NCBI GenBank assembly: GCA_965261085.1
Contig: OZ253442.1
Span: 4,128,001 to 4,192,000 of the forward strand
Source of the DNA: a bacterium
GTDB lineage: Bacteria; UBA8248
DNA length: 64,000 nt
Reading direction: 5' to 3'
The notes beneath the pieces are model-generated. The model made no database searches, was not told the DNA's origin, and saw only the letters and a list, made by a program, of their open reading frames with translations. This document shows, one piece after another, positions 57,330-64,000 of the stretch (position 1 is the first letter of the stretch; every line of letters begins with the position of its first letter). The translations under genes and the position numbers were made by a program.

Positions 57330-58181
57330 ATGGCGAAAAGACGCACAAGATATCTTCTCATCAGATCACTCCTCATCGCCGCCCTGGGCGTCTGCTTTGT
57401 GAGCGTCCCTCGCGCGAATGCCAGAGAATGCTCCTTTGGCCCCTACACCGGACGCTGCCGCGACATCCGGCTCATGCGCTCGGTCAAGGGCGACGCGGAA
57501 AAACTCGTCTCGGCGCTCTCGATCCTCTGGGTCGAGGCGGGTTATCTCTCGACAGATGAGGCGAGCGATTTACACCAAAGGATAGACGCAGGGATTAAAG
57601 CCGTGGAGAAGTTTCTTGACCTTCCGTTCTCACGCGCGGCCTACGGGCAGGAGAAAATCGAGTTCTTCGTCCACGGCAGGCGTGCTCCTTCGCACACCAT
57701 CACGGCCTACAGCCCGCGAAAATACATGCACCCCGTCGTGTTCCTCTCCTTCGCCAAAGAAGGGAGATCGCCCTATCTGCATGAGACGGTCCACGTCATC
57801 GCGTGGGATTGGAACACCCTTTGGCTGAAAGAAGGACTGGCCGTTCACTTGAACGATCGCTTAAGCGGCTACGCCGCCTTTCCCAATTTCGGCGAATCAA
57901 TCGACGCTTTCGCCGGCCGGGTGTTGAGACGCGAGTTCCCTCCCGCGATAGAGGCGCTCGATCTGGTGGGCGAAAACGGCATCCCCAGATTCGAGGACAG
58001 GCGCGTTCGGCGCATGTTCTACATTCTCGCGGGCTCCTACGCCGGCTATCTCCTGCGCGAGTGGGGCGTCAAAAAACTCATGCGGGTCTACGCCGCAAAG
58101 GACACCAATGCCGCGATTCAAAAAGAGACGGGAAAACCCGCCTGGCGATGGAAGGAGGCATGGCTGGGTGAGGTGAGGTAG
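57330..58181 (+). CDS. Secreted protein with zincin-like HExxH motif
   Basis: Signal peptide; YLHETVH...WLKEGLA. Confidence 0.65.
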   Translation: MAKRRTRYLLIRSLLIAALGVCFVSVPRANARECSFGPYTGRCRDIRLMRSVKGDAEKLVSALSILWVEAGYLSTDEASDLHQRIDAGIKAVEKFLDLPFSRAAYGQEKIEFFVHGRRAPSHTITAYSPRKYMHPVVFLSFAKEGRSPYLHETVHVIAWDWNTLWLKEGLAVHLNDRLSGYAAFPNFGESIDAFAGRVLRREFPPAIEALDLVGENGIPRFEDRRVRRMFYILAGSYAGYLLREWGVKKLMRVYAAKDTNAAIQKETGKPAWRWKEAWLGEVR

Positions 58182-58259
58182 ATTCTTTGGCGTCTGTTGT
58201 GTGGGAATGGTAGCAAAACCGGTAAAGACCTTACATTGACGACATAAAATCAAAACAGA

Positions 58260-59192
58260 TCATTTTAAGTCGTAAAATTTTAGAGCTGACTCAGTCAATA
58301 ATCGCGTCGCGACCGAAACGCCAACTTTCCATGTACCGTTTGCCGCTTTTTTTATGTTTTCGGCAAACCATTCTTTCGCCTTTGCTCCAAATGGTTCCTC
58401 TGCGCTCCCCGACTCCTCGGTCGAGAGGATATCGGCAAATTCTTCCATATCGGCTTGTGGCAGACCTTTGGACACAAGAAATTCGACGAAAGCATCTTTG
58501 TCATCTTTGCCAATGGAGACGCTAAGATTGGCTCCTTCGCCATAGTTTGTAACTGAAGTTAGATTACCGACATCACCGTGAATAGTTTGATTGTAAATCT
58601 GAGTCACCTTCTCTGCGCTCCCCATATCGGACTTTCCGGGCTTTTCAAGACTAACTTCAGCAGCAACTGGTACAGATTTCTCAAGCTGAATGGTTAATTC
58701 GAGCACCCGAACTCGAACCGCGTGCTGAATTTCCACGAGTGCTGCGCGCGATACAGTACCTACGACGCTATTACAAGCATAACCTTCATAGATCTTGCCC
58801 TGTAAAAATAGAATCAGATTGGACGCATCGATTTGCAAGGATCCATTATCAGGCGATCTTCCGATGAGGTCATCAATTGCAGCGACATTTAGTCTAATTT
58901 CGAAATCCGTCCATTTGTCGCCAGCGAATTTTTCGACGAGGTATCCAGGTATCGGAACGTTCCTAAGTTCACTTCCGAAAGGACCAAAGAACGTCCCACG
59001 ATACGAAACGGGGATTCTACGATAATCTGGAAGTTCCACGCCTTCCGGATAGCCTTCCGACTCGTATTTCACCCATTCTTCCAAAGGGCCGCTTCCAAGC
59101 CTCGCCGCAAGTAGGCGCAACTTGAGAAGAATGGGCGCAATACTCTGTTCGCTTTCAATGATGGATGTCTGTATGTCGCGAAGTAGGCTCAT
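58260..59192 (-). CDS. AbiTii-domain protein (putative anti-phage)
   Basis: LLRDIQ...ILLKLRLLAARLG...EEWVKYESEGY...LPDYR; low GC. Confidence 0.75.
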   Translation of the reverse strand: MSLLRDIQTSIIESEQSIAPILLKLRLLAARLGSGPLEEWVKYESEGYPEGVELPDYRRIPVSYRGTFFGPFGSELRNVPIPGYLVEKFAGDKWTDFEIRLNVAAIDDLIGRSPDNGSLQIDASNLILFLQGKIYEGYACNSVVGTVSRAALVEIQHAVRVRVLELTIQLEKSVPVAAEVSLEKPGKSDMGSAEKVTQIYNQTIHGDVGNLTSVTNYGEGANLSVSIGKDDKDAFVEFLVSKGLPQADMEEFADILSTEESGSAEEPFGAKAKEWFAENIKKAANGTWKVGVSVATRLLTESALKFYDLK

Positions 59193-59299
59193 TGGTGTCT
59201 AGCAATGGGCGAGGAAACTCGGTAACCCAAAACCTAAAGGCGGTAAGATAGTAAGTCAATCGGAGTTATAATCTCCCCGCTATACTCCTAGTAGACGAA

Positions 59300-59323
59300 G
59301 GGCGGTTCACGAACCGCCCCTAC
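59300..59323 (-). repeat. REP-like palindrome
   Basis: Minus strand GTAG-GGGCGGTTC-GT-GAACCGCCC. Confidence 0.6.
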
Positions 59324-59447
59324 GGATGAGATTGACTCCTGCATTCGTCGGTGGCGGTGAAATTTCGAGGTTGGGTATCGTGCCCGTGAGGCTGTTGTCG
59401 CCGCAAGTTTCCCACGTGCGAATTGTCCAGCCCGAAACAACCGGGCA

Positions 59448-59552
59448 AAAGAAAAGCCCCCCGGGTTTCTCCGGGAGGCTTGATTTCGTTTCAGGCTTGC
59501 TGCTAGAAGCCGGGGTCCTCGTCGTGTGTATGAAACATCGCTTGGTCTCCTT
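59448..59552 (-). repeat. ~105-bp repeat copy 1: SD + micro-ORF MFHTHDEDPGF (59538-59503) + terminator
   Basis: Near-identical to 60976-61081; AAGGAG SD; GCCTCCCGG/CCGGGGGGC stem plus T-run. Confidence 0.85.
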
Positions 59553-59588
59553 TCAGCGGCTAGGTAATTACAAAACCACCTAAGTGGT

Positions 59589-60197
59589 TCAATTATCCCA
59601 TTTCCGGCATAGATTTTCAAGACCTTTATATAGTCGGTTGCCCCTTCGGTTTCTCAGGTCCGCAATCCACGGCTCGAATACGTCATAGTAGCGTAAAACA
59701 TTTGTCTGGAACAGTTCGCGAATGATGTCTTCGTTGACGAAGCCTTTATCGACCAACACCGCCAAGTCTTCCAGGTAATTCAAAACATTCGTAATGTTCA
59801 GTTCCAGAATGTCATCGCCTTTGATTTTCTCTTGTATAATCCTCAGCCTCTCCTCCCTCGGTTTGGCGGCTATGGGTTTTATTAGCCCGATGACGGCTTT
59901 TTTAGAGTCGAAAAAACTTGCGGTATTCCATTCGGAGGTAAGAGACATCGTGCGGGTCATTTGCTCGGATTCCACATTCGCATAAACGCTTTGAGCAATG
60001 TAAAAAGCGCTGACGATCGCGGCTGCGGCGCCAACGGCAATGGCGATAAACGTCGCCAACTCCTTATGGGCAGGCAAGAAGAAATGCACGCCGACTATCA
60101 AGCCGACGAAGATGATGGCGACCACGCCAATATGAACCGTGAACCTGCGCTCGAATTTAAGATTGAAATCGAATGCTTTGGAAAAATCTCTCGCCAA
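59589..60197 (-). CDS. DUF4760-like membrane protein
   Basis: Two N-terminal TM segments; VLNYLEDLAVLVDKGFVNEDII...WIADLR...LYKGLENLCRKW. Confidence 0.72.
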   Translation of the reverse strand: MARDFSKAFDFNLKFERRFTVHIGVVAIIFVGLIVGVHFFLPAHKELATFIAIAVGAAAAIVSAFYIAQSVYANVESEQMTRTMSLTSEWNTASFFDSKKAVIGLIKPIAAKPREERLRIIQEKIKGDDILELNITNVLNYLEDLAVLVDKGFVNEDIIRELFQTNVLRYYDVFEPWIADLRNRRGNRLYKGLENLCRKWDN

Positions 60198-60427
60198 TTT
60201 CAGACCTCCACGCGAACTCGACCACCCTTCGATTCACTTGGGGTCCCCTGGCGACTCGTTTGAGTGGTTAAACGTTCGCCAAATATACCTCTTTCCACTC
60301 ATATCTCAACCTCATCCTGCATTGCTCCGCCCGGTAGTGATGAAAGGGTTTCTTGCTTCCCCTCCTCGGTCGAAAGCGCAGGCTTCCCCTCCTCGGGAAA
60401 GCCTGACCTGATCAGTCGGAATCGACC

Positions 60428-60854
60428 CCTACTCCCGCATCCCGCCGAATTTCCATTCCAGATCGATCGGAAAATCCTCCTGCATCTTCTCGACGTAGGC
60501 GAGCACGTCCTCGCGGCGAAAGCGCGCGCTCTTAAACGAGGGATGGTTCTCGGGCTGGCGGACGCCGGCGCGCGGGGGCGGGCGGCGCAGATAGACGGGC
60601 CGGAGGCAGGGCGCATCGCTCGAGCAGTCCTCGGCGATGATGGCGTCGAGCGTGCGGTAGCTCTTATAGCCGAGCACCTTGGCGAGCATGGGTTTGGTGA
60701 GAAACGCTTCTTCCTCGAGAATCCGGCGCGGCGTTCTCGGGTCGGGCGGGGCCTGTTTCTTGCTCCTCTCGCGCCTCTCGCTCCCTCGGGTATTCTTTGC
60801 GGGCGGCATCAGCAAAGCGCCTCGGCGAGCGGGAGGACGGACACGTCGTGGCGG
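60428..60854. repeat. ~430-bp direct repeat, copy 1 (copy 2 at 62169-62595)
   Basis: Collinear at offset 1741 bp with scattered substitutions. Confidence 0.92.
60429..60809 (-). CDS. Xis/AlpA-like winged-helix DNA-binding protein, copy 1
   Basis: FLTKPMLAKVLGYKSYRTL...RFRREDVLAYVE; ATG in TGATG overlap. Confidence 0.6.
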   Translation of the reverse strand: MPPAKNTRGSERRERSKKQAPPDPRTPRRILEEEAFLTKPMLAKVLGYKSYRTLDAIIAEDCSSDAPCLRPVYLRRPPPRAGVRQPENHPSFKSARFRREDVLAYVEKMQEDFPIDLEWKFGGMRE

Positions 60855-60975
60855 GATACTCGTAACAGAGACTTTATCAACATAAGCCGGAGGGGGCGGA
60901 TACGTCAATTCATGAAGCGGGGAGATAGCGTATCGAATTCCCGGCGAGGATTGTCCGCCCGAGATGACCGAACCT

Positions 60976-61081
60976 AAAGAAAAGCCCCCCGGGTTTCCCC
61001 GGGAGGCTTTATTTCGTTTCAGGCTCCATTGCTAGAAGCCGGGGTCCTCGTCGAGTGTATGGAACATCGCTCGTTCTCCTT
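60976..61081 (-). repeat. ~105-bp repeat copy 2: SD + micro-ORF MFHTLDEDPGF (61067-61032) + terminator
   Basis: Near-identical to 59448-59552; SD overlaps the upstream stop (TAAGGAG). Confidence 0.85.
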
Positions 61082-61652
61082 AGTATAGATGATGTCCTCT
61101 GGCTTTCGCGGTGGCGAGTTCGACATTGAGCAGTTCAATTCTTTCCCTGGCTACGCTCAAACTCTTGAGCATTTTCTCACGCGCTCTCAGATAAATGGCG
61201 ATGACACCAACGACCGCTATCGTCATCGGAGAAATCAGGACCATGTGCGCCGCCATGATTTTAGATATTTCACTTCTGAACGCATAAATTCTGTTTCTCG
61301 TCTCTTCGTTTTCGATGCGCTCGGTCCGCTCCCGCCATTCGGCGTAGTCGTTCGCTACATGTGAATTCCCGGAACGCGCGAGGCTGACCATGCTCATGAC
61401 GATTCTCCAGATCGTAACGCGGTGCCCGTAACGAATCAGCGCATTGATGAGCAGCCTGAGGTCCGTATATGCGGGATGGGTGAACTCTAAGTGGCCTGCG
61501 TTCGCGTATTCAAACAATTCATCCCTGAGCTTGAACAGTCTTTGCCTGAAATAATCGACGCGGTACGGAATCCAGAACTGATACCAAATCAGCCAGGCGA
61601 TGAACAACACCAAGCAGAACCTCAAGACGTGAAGAGCGTCTTCTCCAATCAT
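61080..61652 (-). CDS. Hypothetical membrane protein
   Basis: N-terminal TM, FRQRLFKLRDELF, HPAY..LR...N..IRYGH, second TM. Confidence 0.7.
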   Translation of the reverse strand: MIGEDALHVLRFCLVLFIAWLIWYQFWIPYRVDYFRQRLFKLRDELFEYANAGHLEFTHPAYTDLRLLINALIRYGHRVTIWRIVMSMVSLARSGNSHVANDYAEWRERTERIENEETRNRIYAFRSEISKIMAAHMVLISPMTIAVVGVIAIYLRAREKMLKSLSVARERIELLNVELATAKARGHHLY

Positions 61653-61656
61653 TCGT

Positions 61657-62058
61657 CTAATCCTCCGGCCTGGATTGACCCTGTCGGGTGAGGCGGCTGG
61701 AATTGCGATTCGCGTCTATCAATTTCTCATACTTTTCACGGATATCGTGAAATTGCTCTATCGTTTTTCGCCTGAGAGACCTCTCAAATCGCCATCCCAC
61801 AAGAGCGATAATCAACGCAAGGACCAGAAAACCTTCCAGCTTCCCGGAAACAACGCGGGCTATCGCCTTGATTCCAATATCGAGTATTGTTGATTTGCCT
61901 GCAATGGAGTCTAGCGCAAGATAGATGAACCAAACAATAACCGTCAAAAACACCCATTTTGTTTGGGAAATCGTATGGTGCCATATATCGAGTTTTCGAT
62001 TCTGGATGAGGAAATCGCGCTGTTCCTGACGCTCACGAGGTGACGGTCGTCTGCTCAT
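61657..62058 (-). CDS. Hypothetical two-TM membrane protein
   Basis: Two hydrophobic segments, C-terminal IDANRNSSRLTRQG; lower GC; start uncertain. Confidence 0.6.
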   Translation of the reverse strand: MSRRPSPRERQEQRDFLIQNRKLDIWHHTISQTKWVFLTVIVWFIYLALDSIAGKSTILDIGIKAIARVVSGKLEGFLVLALIIALVGWRFERSLRRKTIEQFHDIREKYEKLIDANRNSSRLTRQGQSRPED

Positions 62059-62168
62059 AACTTTCTCAGTGACGCATGATCCTCGTGGTGCAATATTCAT
62101 AGAACATCCGATGAATCCATGCAACTCGCTTTGGCATAAAGCGATGCCTCCCCTCCCCGTCGGAACTG

Positions 62169-62595
62169 CCTACTCCCGCATCCCGCCGAATTTCCATTCC
62201 AGATCGAGCGGAAAATCCTCCTGCATCTTCTCGACGTAGGAGAGCACGTCCTCGCGGCGAAAGCGCGCGCTCTTAAACGAGGGATGGTTCTCGGGCTGTT
62301 TGACGCCGGCGCGCGGGGGCGGGCGGCGCAGATAGACGGGCCGGAGGCAGGGCGCGTCGCTCGAGCAATCCTCGGCGATGATGGCGTCGAGCGTGCGGTA
62401 GCTCTTATAGCCGAGCACCTTGGCGAGCATGGGTTTGGTGAGAAACGCTTCTTCCTCGAGAATCCGGCGCGGGGTTCTCGGGTCGGGCGGGGCCTGTTTC
62501 TTGCTCCTCTCGCGCCTCTTGCGCCCTCGGGTATTCTTTGCGGGCGGCATCAGCAAAGCGCCTCGGTGAGCGGGGTGACGGACACGTCGCGGCGG
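62169..62595. repeat. ~430-bp direct repeat, copy 2
   Basis: Matches 60428-60854. Confidence 0.92.
62170..62550 (-). CDS. Xis/AlpA-like winged-helix DNA-binding protein, copy 2
   Basis: Near-identical to copy 1; TGATG coupling to upstream gene. Confidence 0.6.
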   Translation of the reverse strand: MPPAKNTRGRKRRERSKKQAPPDPRTPRRILEEEAFLTKPMLAKVLGYKSYRTLDAIIAEDCSSDAPCLRPVYLRRPPPRAGVKQPENHPSFKSARFRREDVLSYVEKMQEDFPLDLEWKFGGMRE

Positions 62596-62831
62596 CGGGC
62601 TCTCTTGGCCCGGACGAGCGCATCGGCGCGCGCTCGCGCGGAGGCGAGATTCGGGAAGATGAGACTCACGCGCCTCTCGCGGGTGAGATCGCGGTAGACG
62701 AGCAGTGCGGCTTCTTCGGGCACGCCGAAGCCCTCATCCATGAGATCGGAGAGCGTGCGCTCATGGGTTCCGATGAAAGAGGCGGCCTCGTTCATGACGT
62801 ACCTCCCGGACATGCGCATGGTGATTCGCAT
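62550..62831 (-). CDS. Small HTH (MerR/Xis-like) protein
   Basis: AAGGAGG SD; YVMNEAASFIGTHERTLSDLMDEG. Confidence 0.55.
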   Translation of the reverse strand: MRITMRMSGRYVMNEAASFIGTHERTLSDLMDEGFGVPEEAALLVYRDLTRERRVSLIFPNLASARARADALVRAKRARRRDVSVTPLTEALC

Positions 62832-63252
62832 GGCGCCTCCTTGATGAGAAGTGATACATGCCCGGATGACCCGCGTGGTCTTGAAGGTGCAATGGACTCG
62901 GAAGGGGGCGCCTCGCGGGCGGTTCGAGGCGCCGTTTTCGGTGGGGAAGATGGTGGGGTGTCGCGGGACGGATCATCCGGGCAAGCTGAATTCCTGAAAA
63001 TATCGATAAATTTAGATAAATTGACGGGGTTTTTCGATAAATTCATGGAATTTCCTTTTTTCTTCATAAAGTCAATAATATCAATCAAATAACTCATTCA
63101 TCCGTTTGTGTGCGATCTGCTCGTTCGCACATCAAGCACCCTGAATATATCTATATATATTCATATTGTCAATAAAAATATATATAAATAATTATATCTG
63201 GAGGTATGTCCGTACAAACTATTGATAGGAAAGGAGTTGCGGAAAGGTTGCG

Positions 63253-64000
63253 CTAGTCGATATCCCTGCCCAGAAGCTCGATGAAGCGCTTTACGCCGCC
63301 GTGGAGCTGCTTGTCGCGTCTGTGGATGAGACCCAGGGGCCGGATGATGCGCTCCCCCTCGAAGGGCAGCACCGCCAGCGTGTTCATGGCCCTTTCGTTG
63401 TGAACGGCCGAGCCGGGCAGAATGCTCACCCAGGTGTCGATGAAGAGCGCCTCTTTGATGCTCTCCACGTTGTCGAACTCCATCACGACGTCCACGCTCA
63501 CGCCCGCTTTGCGCAAGACCCTGTCTATGGCGTTGCGAATGGAGAGATCGCCGTCGAACGCCACGAAGGGCTCCCCCGCGAGGTCGGAAACCCTTACCGC
63601 GTGGCGAAAGGCAAGTTGATGCCCCGGATGAGAGACGAAGAACATGGGCTCATCCTTGAAGGGCACGACCCGCAGCGCCTTGTCGCGCGGGGGGTAGGAG
63701 AGAATCCCGACGTCGGCCGTATCGTCCAGAACCGATTGCACCACCTTCTCCGGATGCAGACATTCCAGACGAACCCGCGCCTGGGGATACAGGGTGCGGA
63801 ACCGCTGCATGTAAGCGCCCATCTGGTGAAGACCCACCGAGTAGATGGCGGCGACGCGCACCTGCCCATGCACCTCGCCGATGCCGTGTGATATCTCCGC
63901 GCAGACCTGGTCGAATTCCCCCAGCATCTTGCGGCAAGCCTCATAAAACCGGGCGCCTTCTTCGGTGATGCCGAAAGGCCGCTTGCTCCTGTCGAGCAGC
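63253..64000 (-). CDS. LysR-family transcriptional regulator (5' end beyond window)
   Basis: LLDRSKRPFGITEEG, GQVRVAAIYSVG, MEFDNVESIK, RPLGLI. Confidence 0.9.
   Translation of the reverse strand, partial: LLDRSKRPFGITEEGARFYEACRKMLGEFDQVCAEISHGIGEVHGQVRVAAIYSVGLHQMGAYMQRFRTLYPQARVRLECLHPEKVVQSVLDDTADVGILSYPPRDKALRVVPFKDEPMFFVSHPGHQLAFRHAVRVSDLAGEPFVAFDGDLSIRNAIDRVLRKAGVSVDVVMEFDNVESIKEALFIDTWVSILPGSAVHNERAMNTLAVLPFEGERIIRPLGLIHRRDKQLHGGVKRFIELLGRDID

Noticed and set aside
60355-60396. 15-bp direct repeat GCTTCCCCTCCTCGG twice
   Set aside because: Real, but only two copies and no function can be supported.
59448-62595. Integron cassette array or diversity-generating retroelement
   Set aside because: No attC-like inverted cores, integrase or reverse transcriptase; differences between repeats are not confined to adenines.
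62792-63097. 101-aa minus-strand ORF upstream of the HTH genes
   Set aside because: Low-complexity, spans the AT-rich regulatory tract and overlaps the better-supported gene starting at 62831.
18391-63256. One intact 45-kb prophage with cargo
   Set aside because: No integrase, transposase, replication or tape-measure gene and no att repeats seen; the intervening genes are host-type and on both strands. Cannot be fully excluded from this window alone.

Overview
High-GC bacterial chromosomal window with ordinary metabolic genes: partial glgX, a tartrate dehydratase-like enolase, aroE, a full coenzyme F420 biosynthesis operon, luciferase-like oxidoreductases, a diadenylate cyclase, yajQ, amtB, an adenylate/guanylate cyclase, a sugar ABC transporter and two CocE/NonD hydrolases. 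Two probable selenoprotein genes (OsmC-like and UGSC family) have in-frame UGA codons plus SECIS-like hairpins and are missed or split by the ORF track. The main finding is a set of tailed-phage late genes broken into four minus-strand modules: lysis (52.9-54.0 kb), Mu gp26/gp27-like (51.3-52.2 kb), split terminase plus portal (33.7-36.8 kb) and head-tail (18.4-24.5 kb). They keep phage gene order but are separated by up to ~14 kb of host genes. Each module is preceded by the same promoter architecture, CGCATTTCCCCGCATTT-N29-TAnnnT. No integrase, transposase, replication or tape-measure gene is visible. This suggests a domesticated, co-regulated gene-transfer-agent-like system. Xis-like HTH genes at 60-63 kb are candidate regulators. 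They sit in a duplicated unit in which different membrane-protein cargo genes are each followed by a conserved 11-codon micro-ORF and terminator. TA pairs, a SmaI-like R-M system with a frameshifted nuclease and an AbiTii gene lie next to the modules. All family calls come from motif recognition by eye; no searches were run.
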